This document shows, piece by piece, positions 18,592 to 27,290 of a stretch of 64,000 nt of DNA. Source of the stretch: Candidatus Iainarchaeum sp. (lineage in GTDB: Archaea; Iainarchaeota; Iainarchaeia; Iainarchaeales; UBA10191); the NCBI GenBank assembly GCA_030649735.1, contig JAUSFL010000036.1, positions 64,001 through 128,000 of the forward strand, in the 5' to 3' direction. Position numbers and translations under genes: made by a program. The notes beneath the pieces are model-generated. The model searched no databases, was not told where the DNA came from, and was given only the letters and a program-made list of their open reading frames with translations. Numbering within the stretch: the stretch's first letter is position 1; every line of letters begins with the position of its first letter.

Positions 18592-19596
18592 ATGAAAAAG
18601 ATTGTTTTTGGGCTAATTTTGTTAATTGCTTTGTTTTTGGTTTTTGGATGTACAAGCCCAAACACTATCCCAAATGATAGCGGCTCGAGCGCAACTCCAA
18701 ATAATAGCGGCCCGAACGTAACTCCAGATAATGGCGGCTCAAATAATTCTGGCAACGGTCAGACTTCCCTGGAACTTACTTTTTTGCCGCCTGCTGTGCT
18801 TCCAGAAGCAGCGGAAGGCACTGATTATTTATATAGTTTTTGCAAACCGCAGTCTGCAATATCAAGCGATTGGAGTTGTGGGTATCGTGGAAGTCCAGGA
18901 GGGACAACAGATCCTAAGGGGGGAACTTGGGCGTATTCGTTCACACCTCAACCTAGCGAATCCTTGCCAGAGGGACTCTACCTTGGCTATAATGGATTAT
19001 TTAAAGGCACGCCAAGGATTCCTGGAACCTATACTTTTGACATATGTGTACGCGAAGATCAACAAGTCAAACTTTGTAAAACCACTTCTATAACTGTCGC
19101 GCCTTACAAGCAAAAAGTGGATTACAATGTTTCAATAACAATTGACTCGGCGGACATCAGCAAATGCAAAATAAGCACCTACTATAACGGTGCTTGGGAA
19201 GTTACTGCCCATGGAACAATGACATCTAATGTAAACTTTCGAGAAGGGTATGGAAATACGAACGGAGATAAAGCCCCCGCTGTTGAATTTTGGATGCTAG
19301 CCACTACCGCAAAATATGGGGAGATGGGTTATACTGTAGATGCAGAAGATATGGATTGCGGGGCATGGAAATTAGTCGATAAAGAAGGACATTTACCGTA
19401 TTGCGAGAAAGAAGCTGGAGACCCTGACACAGCCATTTGGAAACTCACTTATTCAAGGGGAACTATTGCATCAGAAATTGTAAGCGTTGGGGCAAGCATA
19501 ACTTCTTACAATCCAAACTATTATGCAGATTATGTTCCGATTTCGACCGAGTTAACATTATATTCTAAGATTACAAAATCAGCCGGCACCTGCTAG
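18592..19596 (+). CDS. Lipoprotein with Ig-like (He_PIG-type) domain
   Basis: Lipobox LVFGC, Asn/Gly/Ser linker, LPEGL...GTPRIPGTYTFDICV. Confidence 0.75.
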   Translation: MKKIVFGLILLIALFLVFGCTSPNTIPNDSGSSATPNNSGPNVTPDNGGSNNSGNGQTSLELTFLPPAVLPEAAEGTDYLYSFCKPQSAISSDWSCGYRGSPGGTTDPKGGTWAYSFTPQPSESLPEGLYLGYNGLFKGTPRIPGTYTFDICVREDQQVKLCKTTSITVAPYKQKVDYNVSITIDSADISKCKISTYYNGAWEVTAHGTMTSNVNFREGYGNTNGDKAPAVEFWMLATTAKYGEMGYTVDAEDMDCGAWKLVDKEGHLPYCEKEAGDPDTAIWKLTYSRGTIASEIVSVGASITSYNPNYYADYVPISTELTLYSKITKSAGTC

Positions 19597-19600
19597 TGTG

Positions 19601-19639
19601 GATATCTAACCCCAACCCGCTAAAACTCGGCGGCTGCAT
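19601..19639 (+). repeat. Cassette-junction repeat 1 (arm plus tRNA-Gly 3' end)
   Basis: GATATCTAACCCCAACCCGCTAAAACTCGGCGGCTGCAT; the last 34 nt are 32/34 identical to 23531-23564. Confidence 0.85.
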
Positions 19640-19784
19640 CAGCAGACGCGACTGCTTACTGCCAACAAACTAATAAAATAAGCAAAGACCGCAAAAATGG
19701 GCTTTAAGCTTGTTTTTGGCTTTTAACTGCATAATTGGCTTATTTTAAGCGTTTAAAGCAGGAGAAAGCTCCTGATTAAATCAA

Positions 19785-19825
19785 GAAAAGCTTTAAATAT
19801 TGCGCAATAGTATTGTAATTACAAT
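19785..19825 (+). promoter_or_regulatory. BRE/TATA followed by two perfect palindromes
   Basis: GAAAAGCTTTAAATA; TATTGCGCAATA (19798-19809); ATTGTAATTACAAT (19812-19825). Confidence 0.5.
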
Positions 19826-19881
19826 TAGTCCCCTGCCATTGCTTCGGCAACGGCAGGCTTTCTCTTATTCTCTTTTTTTTT
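19826..19881 (+). ncRNA. Putative small hairpin RNA upstream of the NYN gene
   Basis: CCTGCC-A-TTGC-TTCG-GCAA-C-GGCAGG with a cUUCGg tetraloop, followed by a T-tract; TATA upstream. Confidence 0.5.
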
Positions 19882-19920
19882 CCATTCTGCTTAAATATTT
19901 CTTCAGCAATAAATGATTCA

Positions 19921-20547
19921 ATGCTAAAGAAAATTGTATTTGTTGATGGGAGCAACTTGTACCATTCAATGAGAGATGACAATATTGACCCAAGAATAAT
20001 CGACTTGGCAAAATTCTTTGAGAAAATTAGCGGGGAAAAAGATCCAACAGTAAGGTATTATACTGCCCCGAGAAAAAGAGAAGAAGACGCTGAAAAATAC
20101 GTTCAACAGCAAAGATTCTTTACAGAATTAAAGAACAGAAACCCGAATTTGACAATAATCTTTGGAAGGCTTCAAAAGAACAAGGAAGCAGACCCAAAAG
20201 CAAGAAGCCTGGTTGTGAAAGCATTGGGCTTTTGCGAGAATTGCGCTCAAAAAATACCCAAATTATTCTCAACACTAAGAATTGACAAACCGCACCGGGA
20301 AAAAGGAGTTGACGTGAAAATTGCCTTGGACTTGGCAATAATGGCAGGAACAAATGAATTTGACTTAGCAATACTCCTTTCAGGAGACGCTGACTTGGCT
20401 CCAGCAGTCCAAATAGCAGTCAAGAACGGAAAGAAAGTAATTAACGGAAGATTCAAAAATTCAAGCTCCAGCGAACTAAGAAACATTTGCACTTCCAACT
20501 TTCTAATAACCGAAGAAATACTGAAAGATTGCGTTAGAAAACACTAA
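19921..20547 (+). CDS. NYN-domain (LabA/DUF88, PIN-like) ribonuclease
   Basis: VFVDGSNLY, EKGVDVKIALD, LLSGDADLAP, GKKV, SSELR; CxxC insert. Confidence 0.9.
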   Translation: MLKKIVFVDGSNLYHSMRDDNIDPRIIDLAKFFEKISGEKDPTVRYYTAPRKREEDAEKYVQQQRFFTELKNRNPNLTIIFGRLQKNKEADPKARSLVVKALGFCENCAQKIPKLFSTLRIDKPHREKGVDVKIALDLAIMAGTNEFDLAILLSGDADLAPAVQIAVKNGKKVINGRFKNSSSSELRNICTSNFLITEEILKDCVRKH

Positions 20548-20557
20548 GGTTGATTTT

Positions 20558-21049
20558 ATGAAAGAAAGAAAAGAAGAATTAGCAAAGGTAACAAGGCAAG
20601 AATTTTTCAAAGAACTCAATAAATTGAAAATCAGAAAAATATTGAAAGTACCTAATGAGTACCTTGTTGGAAAGGAGAGATTTTTAGGAGACTATTACGT
20701 TGGCTGGTTGGCTGATATTTTAGATTACCAAAATGAAGAGAAAATAGTAGATCTTGGAGTGGCTTACCTTTTTGGACGGGCTTTTGTTATTGCGCAGGAC
20801 AGAATTCTAGATAATCCTTGCCAGGAAAACAAAGATTATGTAATTGCAGCCCCCATATTACTTAAAGAATTCTTAGAAAGAAATCAAAAAATAGTTGGGA
20901 ATTCTAATTTTGAAAAAGAGGCGGGCCAAGTACTATTTGAATACACGTTAGCAAATCTGAAAGAATCAAAAAGAAAGAAAAGCCCATTCACAAAGTTCCT
21001 CACTGAAGAAATAATAAAACAACATTCAAAGAAACAGAAAGTGATTTGA
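20558..21049 (+). CDS. Hypothetical helical protein (possible isoprenoid-synthase-like fragment)
   Basis: AFVIAQDRILD resembles a DDxxD-type motif; ends abruptly, overlapping the next gene. Confidence 0.45.
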   Translation: MKERKEELAKVTRQEFFKELNKLKIRKILKVPNEYLVGKERFLGDYYVGWLADILDYQNEEKIVDLGVAYLFGRAFVIAQDRILDNPCQENKDYVIAAPILLKEFLERNQKIVGNSNFEKEAGQVLFEYTLANLKESKRKKSPFTKFLTEEIIKQHSKKQKVI

Positions 21050-21474
21050 TGCAAATTGGGAAAGACTTTATTGGAGTGAGTTGCGGAGCGCAAATAATCA
21101 ATGAGAAAAAGCAGATTTTACTAATGAAAAGAAGCAAAAAATGCAAAAACAAGCCAGGCTATTGGATGAATGCCGGCGGAAAAGTCGAATTCTTTGAAAA
21201 AATAGAAAACGCGGTAAAAAGAGAGGTAATGGAAGAACTCGGCGTTAAAATCAAAATACTGAAATTGCTTCCAGTGCTTGACGACATTAAAACAGCAGAA
21301 AAACAGCATTGGATAGCCCCGCAATTCCTTTGCAAAATAACAAAAGGCGCTCCGCGAAACAAGGAGCCGGAAAAATGCGAGGAAATCAAATGGTTTAACT
21401 TGGAGAAAATCCCAAAAAAGACAACAAAAACAACAAAAAACGGAGTAAGAGAAATCAAAAAGATAGTGAAATAA
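21049..21474 (+). CDS. NUDIX hydrolase
   Basis: GGKVEFFEKIENAVKREVMEELG; EPEKCEEIKWF. Confidence 0.92.
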   Translation: MQIGKDFIGVSCGAQIINEKKQILLMKRSKKCKNKPGYWMNAGGKVEFFEKIENAVKREVMEELGVKIKILKLLPVLDDIKTAEKQHWIAPQFLCKITKGAPRNKEPEKCEEIKWFNLEKIPKKTTKTTKNGVREIKKIVK

Positions 21475-21938
21475 TGATTATCCGAAAAGCCAAGCTTGAA
21501 AACGCGAGAGAAATAAGCCTGCTCTTATGCAATACAATAAAAACAGTGAATCGCAAGGACTATACTGCCAGGCAAATTAAAGCATGGTTAACAAGAAACG
21601 ATTACAAGTCAATCAAAAATAAAATACTAAGCGGAAGAACCATCTTTGTCGCCATTAACAAATCAAAAATTGTCGGCATAATCGCCTTATTTCTTAACGA
21701 ATGCAAAATTGGCGCACTTTATGTCAAACACACCCTGCACAACCAAGGCATAGGCACAAAACTGTTAAATTATGCTGAAAAACTGGCCAAAAGAAAAGGC
21801 TTGAAAAAGCTAAAGCTAAATTCAACAAAAACTGCTTTTGAATTCTACAAAAGCAAAGGATACAAAAAAATTAGAATGGCAAGCCATACAACAAATGGCG
21901 TCAAAACTCCAACAATACTAATGGTAAAAAATTTATGA
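21474..21938 (+). CDS. GNAT acetyltransferase
   Basis: LYVKHTLHNQGIGTKLL; AFEFYKSKGY. Confidence 0.9.
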   Translation: MIIRKAKLENAREISLLLCNTIKTVNRKDYTARQIKAWLTRNDYKSIKNKILSGRTIFVAINKSKIVGIIALFLNECKIGALYVKHTLHNQGIGTKLLNYAEKLAKRKGLKKLKLNSTKTAFEFYKSKGYKKIRMASHTTNGVKTPTILMVKNL

Positions 21939-22044
21939 ACCAACAAAATAAAGGAGTTGAAATTATGAAAAAAACCTTAGAACTGGATCGAATCCAATCT
22001 TCCGAAAACCGCAAGCCTCAAACTGCCCACCCAGCAAGCAGAGG

Positions 22045-22058
22045 TCCCGGCGGCTGCA
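22045..22058 (+). repeat. Cassette-junction repeat 2 (tRNA-Gly 3' end)
   Basis: TCCCGGCGGCTGCA is identical to tRNA positions 18519-18532. Confidence 0.75.
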
Positions 22059-22101
22059 AAAATATTTAAAGCCAGCAAAACTTGATTCTATTGATGATTA
22101 A

Positions 22102-22884
22102 ATGAAAAAAGTATTTGCTTTAATTTTGATAATTATCGGCTTGGCTGCTGCTATTTTTCTTGGTAGTTCGCTGTTTGATAAACTTAGTTATTTTTTGATT
22201 GCAGTCTTCGGACTATTTTTCATGCTTAAACCAGGAAAACAAGTGCAGATTAACAAAGAAACTGTCACTCCAGAATCAGCCAATATTTTATTTAAAGAGC
22301 ATGATTTTACAGAGAATGAAAAAGAATCATATCGAGAAGCATTGCTTCAGGTCAAGGACATTACAGAAAACCCTTCAAAATGGGCGGCCTTTATTATTTT
22401 TTCAGGAGTACTCTCAATTCCTGTTTTTTTAAGCAAAACCATGTCAACAATCCCTGCATTGCTTGTTTTAAGCATTGCATTTGTACTCGCTCTTTTCATT
22501 AAAGAGCTTAATATTTTTGCTATAAGAGGCAATAAGTTTTACCAGCTTATCGGGGGTTTAGCTTTTGTCTACGTCTTTACAGGGGCGGGGTTTTTAATTA
22601 GCGTTGGCGAGTCTGGCAAAACTTTCATTCCGATAAATTGGATTCAAATTGGATATTATTACTTGTATTTTTTATCATTCCTCACTTGTATTGCATTAGC
22701 AACCATTGGGCTTGTTTACTTCAAGAAAACAAAAAGAAACCTTTACGAAGCATTAGTGTATCGAGAAAACACAACCCTAACCAGCAGCATCTTATTTGCA
22801 AGAGGATATTTGATAGCTATCAACATTTTTTCAATTTTTATGATAGCTTACAATGTAGTGCTTGCAATTTTGTTCATCCAATAA
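22102..22884 (+). CDS. Hypothetical polytopic membrane protein
   Basis: 260-aa ORF with several hydrophobic helices. Confidence 0.7.
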   Translation: MKKVFALILIIIGLAAAIFLGSSLFDKLSYFLIAVFGLFFMLKPGKQVQINKETVTPESANILFKEHDFTENEKESYREALLQVKDITENPSKWAAFIIFSGVLSIPVFLSKTMSTIPALLVLSIAFVLALFIKELNIFAIRGNKFYQLIGGLAFVYVFTGAGFLISVGESGKTFIPINWIQIGYYYLYFLSFLTCIALATIGLVYFKKTKRNLYEALVYRENTTLTSSILFARGYLIAINIFSIFMIAYNVVLAILFIQ

Positions 22885-22933
22885 AAAAGAGAATATTTAA
22901 ATATCTGCAGATAATATTAGGAACTGATAATTG

Positions 22934-23116
22934 ATGACTCTAGAATTTAATAACCCAATATTCCCTGCTTTGGGACTTTTATTAATCGTCATTTCAATAA
23001 TTGACATTTTTATCTCAAGCTCAATGCTTTCATTAGTTGGGGATGCCCTTGGAATTATTGCTGGTTTAGCGCTTATAATAAGATACTTTTTAACAAAAAA
23101 AGGTGCGAAAAAATGA
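22934..23116 (+). CDS. Small two-TM hypothetical protein
   Basis: Two hydrophobic segments; stop overlaps the next ATG. Confidence 0.55.
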   Translation: MTLEFNNPIFPALGLLLIVISIIDIFISSSMLSLVGDALGIIAGLALIIRYFLTKKGAKK

Positions 23117-23505
23117 AATTGAGTCTTTTGATTATTTTTGGAATAATGTGTCTCGTAACTCTTAGTGGTTGCGCACAAAACCCCAGTGATACTCCATTAA
23201 TTGTAAGACAAAACTTTGACAACATTGACTTAAGTAATTTCCAAAACTGCAAAGGCGTTTTTTTAGTACAAGACAGTTATGATATCGGACTTGCAGTCTT
23301 TGTTGCGGGAGATGTTGCAAAGGGAGAAATAGCCGTTGGGGATAAAACTAATATAGATGGAAATACAATAGTAGTAAAAACCATTGAAGGCAATAAGAAA
23401 CAATGGGATAAAGCCATTAAAACATACCGTGTTGGGCTAAACTTTGAAAGACAAATTACAAAAGAGTCATATAAGCCAAACGACCTTATCTGCTTCAACC
23501 CTTGA
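23113..23505 (+). CDS. Lipoprotein with EF-Tu domain-II-like beta-barrel
   Basis: Lipobox LSGC; VAGDVAKGEIAVGD...VKTIE...RVGL pattern. Confidence 0.6.
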   Translation: MKLSLLIIFGIMCLVTLSGCAQNPSDTPLIVRQNFDNIDLSNFQNCKGVFLVQDSYDIGLAVFVAGDVAKGEIAVGDKTNIDGNTIVVKTIEGNKKQWDKAIKTYRVGLNFERQITKESYKPNDLICFNP

Positions 23506-23526
23506 TTACATTTAAGGAATCTGACA

Positions 23527-23564
23527 GATACTAACCCCAACCTGCTAACACTCGGCGGCTGCAT
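23527..23564 (+). repeat. Cassette-junction repeat 3 (arm plus tRNA-Gly 3' end)
   Basis: GATACTAACCCCAACCTGCTAACACTCGGCGGCTGCAT. Confidence 0.85.
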
Positions 23565-23617
23565 TTTGCAGTAAGAATTTAAACAACTTGATCCTTCAAA
23601 TTAAGTGCTGGTTTTGA

Positions 23618-23830
23618 ATGGGTGCTGAAGAAAAAATGAGCAGGGAAGCTTTTGACCGCTTCAACAACTTAAAAATGGCTTACGGTTCAATGATTGTTGA
23701 CTTCACTTTTAACGCGTTAAAGATCAGGATGCCAATGGCGAGCGATGACGAGCTGGTGGTTGCAGTCGCTAAACGCTTGAGGAAAAAAAAGAATGAAAAA
23801 TTGCTGGAAAAGCAGAATTCGCTGTTGTAA
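23618..23830 (+). CDS. Small hypothetical protein
   Basis: 70-aa ATG ORF with TATA-like TTTAAA upstream. Confidence 0.55.
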   Translation: MGAEEKMSREAFDRFNNLKMAYGSMIVDFTFNALKIRMPMASDDELVVAVAKRLRKKKNEKLLEKQNSLL

Positions 23831-23843
23831 AATCAAGAGAGAA

Positions 23844-24845
23844 TCATTTCTTTTTTTTCAGGAAATCCAGCGCTATTTCATTTATTGAATGCTTTGCAAT
23901 AGTGAATTTTTCATAGTCTTTAAGGTAAAAGTAAACGCCCAGTTGGAAAAAGTCCTTGCCGACTTTTTCAATGTAGATTTTAAAAGATGATTTTTTTTCC
24001 AATCCTTCAATCCTGCCAGCGCCGGCCTTTTTTTCAAGCAAGGAAACCAGCTTTTTCACGCCAGCCCATGCCGGAACATCAATCAAGACTATTGCATTAG
24101 AATCGTGGTATGTTCTGGAAAGGTTTGTAATGCGCTGTTTTGCAAACTCGCTGTTGGAAATTATTATTTTGTTTCCATTCAAGTCTTCAAGCATTGCGCT
24201 CCGCAATCCGATTTTTTCAAGCCTTGCAATTTCATCATTGTTGAGCTTTAAGAAATCCCCGTAATAGAACGGTCTGTCAAGCTGTAATGCCAGGCCTGCA
24301 AACAAATTTGCCAAGGTTTCCTGGGAAGCAAGCCCTAAAACCAGGACAGCAACGCTTGTTACTGCCAAGACTCCTGTCAAGTCAACGCCAATCACTGCCA
24401 GGCCTATTGAAATTCCCAATAAGGGGATTACAACACGGGAAATTTTCCTTACAAAAGGCAATAATGAAATGTCCATTTTGAATTTTGAAAGCTCATTCCC
24501 TTCAACGTAATACCACCGCAATAAGGCCCCAAAAATTTCAGAAAGCATGAAAGAGGCAAGAATGATTATTATTGAAAGCAAGTATTTTGAAATCGCCTGG
24601 CTTATGGCCTGCAAGTTTGCAAAAAGCCCTGAAAGAAAAAACAATGCCAATAGAATGACTATTGTTTGAAGCGGCTTTTCCATTGCCTCAATTAGGAAGT
24701 CGTCAAGCTTGCTTTTTGTTTCCCTAGTCAGCCTTTTGAAAACTAGCAAAATTGCCTTGTGCAGGAATTTTCCCAGAAAAAAGCCCAAAAAAGCAATGAC
24801 TAGGATTTCAAATCCAAAAACCGCAAAATCTACCAGCAAAACCAT
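23844..24845 (-). CDS. mscS: MscS-family mechanosensitive channel
   Basis: LGLASQETLANLFAGL, RPFYYGD, IGLRS, ISNS...ITNLS. Confidence 0.9.
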   Translation of the reverse strand: MVLLVDFAVFGFEILVIAFLGFFLGKFLHKAILLVFKRLTRETKSKLDDFLIEAMEKPLQTIVILLALFFLSGLFANLQAISQAISKYLLSIIIILASFMLSEIFGALLRWYYVEGNELSKFKMDISLLPFVRKISRVVIPLLGISIGLAVIGVDLTGVLAVTSVAVLVLGLASQETLANLFAGLALQLDRPFYYGDFLKLNNDEIARLEKIGLRSAMLEDLNGNKIIISNSEFAKQRITNLSRTYHDSNAIVLIDVPAWAGVKKLVSLLEKKAGAGRIEGLEKKSSFKIYIEKVGKDFFQLGVYFYLKDYEKFTIAKHSINEIALDFLKKKK

Positions 24846-24912
24846 ACCATGTAACTTAATGTCAAAAGTTTAAAAAACACATTATAAAAACAAAATCCTT
24901 GACTAATTGATA

Positions 24913-27249
24913 ATGCAGGCAAAAAAGCCAGAATTGATTCTTCCAGCCGGAAATTTCGAGAATTTGAAGGCCGCGGTCTTGAACGGCGCAGACTCTGTTT
25001 ACGGCGGGGCTAAAAAGTTTAATGCGCGCATTCCTGCAGCAAACTTTGCAGAAAACGAGCTGAATGACGGAATAGACTACTGTCACTTGCATGGAAAGCG
25101 CTTTTACCTAACGCTCAACACGCTAATTAAAGACTCGGAACTGGAAGAGGCGATTGGAATTGCAAAAAACGCTTTCGAACTGGGCGTTGATGCAATAATC
25201 TGCCAGGATTTGGGATTAATCAATGCTTTAAGAGAGCTTTTGCCAGAATTGGAAATTCACGCAAGCACGCAAACAACCTGCCATAACAGCGCTGGCGCAA
25301 AGTTTTTGGAAAACTTGGGGGTTAAGAAAATTGTTCTGGCAAGAGAGCTTTCCCTGCAGGAAATCAAGGAAATCAAAAAAAGCACAAGTGCAGGAATTGA
25401 ATGCTTCATTCACGGGGCATTGTGCTTTTCCTACTCGGGACAGTGCCTGTTCAGCAGTTTTGCATTCAATAAGTCTGGCAATCGCGGGCGATGCCTGCAG
25501 CCTTGCAGGCTAAAGTTCGAGCTTTACTCAAAAGAAGGCATTGAGAAAGGATTTGTGCTTTCAATGAAAGACCTGATGACAATTTACGGCATTAAAGAGC
25601 TCATTAACGCTGGAATTGATTCTTTCAAGGTTGAGGGAAGATTGAAGGGCATTGCTTACGTTGCGTCAGTCGCGCGCGCCTATCGGAAAGCAATAGACTC
25701 TTGCTTTGGCAATTCGGAAAGGCCTTCTGAAGAGGATGTAAAACTAATGAAGATTGCATTCTTGCGCGAGGCGACTAAAGGCTATTTTTTCGAGCAGGAA
25801 ACAATGACTTTTCCTGAAACTCCAATGAGAAAGGGAGTTCTTGCCGCAAAAGTCATTGGGTTCAAGGGAAGGGCAATCAGGCTGAAATTGTTTGAAAGCA
25901 TTTACAAGTGGGACAGGCTCACTGCGTTAAAGGATGATTCTTTGGAAGAATTCAGCGCTGCAAAAATTTTCAGGGATGGAAAGGAAGTGCCAAAGGCAAT
26001 CAAGGGAAACGAGATTGTGATTGAAACCGGCGAAAAGCCATTCTTGGAAATTGGGCAGGAATTGTTTTTTACCTCGCACAAGCTTTTGAAAGACCTGGAG
26101 GAAAAGGCATTGTTTGGCGGGAAAAAAGTTTTTTACTCATTGAAAGTTTTTGCAAAAGTGGGGGAAAACTTGAAGGCGATTGCGGAGTTTGCGGGCAAAA
26201 AATCCGAAGTCGAGTTTGACTTCAGGCCAGAGGCCGCAAAAACTTCGGAATTTTCTGAAAAAATGCTCAAAGAACGCCTGTTCAAAGAGGATGATTTTTT
26301 CAAGCCAGTGAAGTTTGAGGCAAAAATTGATGGCAAAATCTTTATTCCAGTAAGCAAGCTCAAGGAATTCCAAAAGGCAATAATGGATTCAATGCGCGAA
26401 AAATTCTTTGAAGAATTCAGGAAAACTGCCGGAAGCGATTTTGAAGGCAGGATGAAAAGAATGCTTAATTTCAAGGCTCAAAAAATCGGGAAAGAAAAAC
26501 GGGAAATCGCGGTTTTTTGCGACAGTGTTGAACAGGCAGGGCTTGCAAAAGAAAACGCGGATTTTATTGCATTCTATGATTGCGTGGGACTGGAAAAAAT
26601 AGAGAAATTTGCAAAGGAAAATCCGGCAATAAAAATTTTTGTGAAATCTTCAAACATTCAGTCAGACAAGGAATTGCAAGAGTTCGAAAAAAACTTTCTG
26701 AAAGCAAAAACCCCAATAATTTGCTCTAACCTCGGGGTTTTGCAAAAGGCAATTGAGGCAAAATCAAGGTTTTGGGCTGACAGGGAATTGAATTGCTTTA
26801 ATTCATTAAGCGCAAGGCTTTTGGCAGGCCTTGGGGCTGAAAGAATAATTCCTTCTTCCGAATGCTCTTTGCAGCAGCTGGAAATGATTTCAGAAAAGCA
26901 AAAGATCATGCCGCTTGTTTTCCAGTATCCTTTGCTAATGACTTCAAAGGCTTTTGCAAAGAACAGGAAGCCAGGCCGGCTTGATTTGAAGGACAGGAAA
27001 GGATTCGCTTACAGGGCGGTTGTTGAACAAAACGGATTGTTCAGGATTTACAATCCAGTGCCTTTAAGCATGATTTTTGAAGTTGAAAAATTTGGAGAGT
27101 TTTCAGCAATTGGGCTGGATTTCAGGGAAGCCGGCGTGAAAGAAGCCAAGGAAAGCCTTGAGTTCTTGCGTGAAAAGCTTGCTGGAAAAAGCCCCAGGAA
27201 AGAATTCGCGAAATTCACGCGCGGGCATTATTTCAACGAGCTTGAATGA
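24913..27249 (+). CDS. U32-family Fe-S hydroxylase (RlhA-like, long form)
   Basis: PELILPAG, GADSVYGG, FNAR, HASTQ, HGALCFSYSGQC, SGNRGRCLQPCR, KVEGRLK, C-terminal TRGHY. Confidence 0.88.
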   Translation: MQAKKPELILPAGNFENLKAAVLNGADSVYGGAKKFNARIPAANFAENELNDGIDYCHLHGKRFYLTLNTLIKDSELEEAIGIAKNAFELGVDAIICQDLGLINALRELLPELEIHASTQTTCHNSAGAKFLENLGVKKIVLARELSLQEIKEIKKSTSAGIECFIHGALCFSYSGQCLFSSFAFNKSGNRGRCLQPCRLKFELYSKEGIEKGFVLSMKDLMTIYGIKELINAGIDSFKVEGRLKGIAYVASVARAYRKAIDSCFGNSERPSEEDVKLMKIAFLREATKGYFFEQETMTFPETPMRKGVLAAKVIGFKGRAIRLKLFESIYKWDRLTALKDDSLEEFSAAKIFRDGKEVPKAIKGNEIVIETGEKPFLEIGQELFFTSHKLLKDLEEKALFGGKKVFYSLKVFAKVGENLKAIAEFAGKKSEVEFDFRPEAAKTSEFSEKMLKERLFKEDDFFKPVKFEAKIDGKIFIPVSKLKEFQKAIMDSMREKFFEEFRKTAGSDFEGRMKRMLNFKAQKIGKEKREIAVFCDSVEQAGLAKENADFIAFYDCVGLEKIEKFAKENPAIKIFVKSSNIQSDKELQEFEKNFLKAKTPIICSNLGVLQKAIEAKSRFWADRELNCFNSLSARLLAGLGAERIIPSSECSLQQLEMISEKQKIMPLVFQYPLLMTSKAFAKNRKPGRLDLKDRKGFAYRAVVEQNGLFRIYNPVPLSMIFEVEKFGEFSAIGLDFREAGVKEAKESLEFLREKLAGKSPRKEFAKFTRGHYFNELE

Positions 27250-27290
27250 AAGGATTAAAAACAAGAAACCAGTAATTCTTTCGAAGGCTA

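Larger units (their letters stand above)
18533..23563 (+). mobile_element. tRNA-Gly-anchored array of three integrase-less islands/cassettes
   Basis: tRNA 3'-end copies at 19626-19638, 22045-22058 and 23551-23563 bracket co-oriented accessory genes. Confidence 0.7.

Noticed and set aside
21965-22069. 34-codon ORF with an SD crossing junction repeat 2
   Set aside because: Probably a truncated remnant reading through the att site; no recognisable protein features.
18519-23564. CRISPR array or classical integron attC interpretation of the CGGCGGCTGCA repeats
   Set aside because: Spacing is over 1 kb, no cas or intI gene is present, there is no paired RYYYAAC/GTTRRRY hairpin, and the repeat equals the tRNA 3' end.
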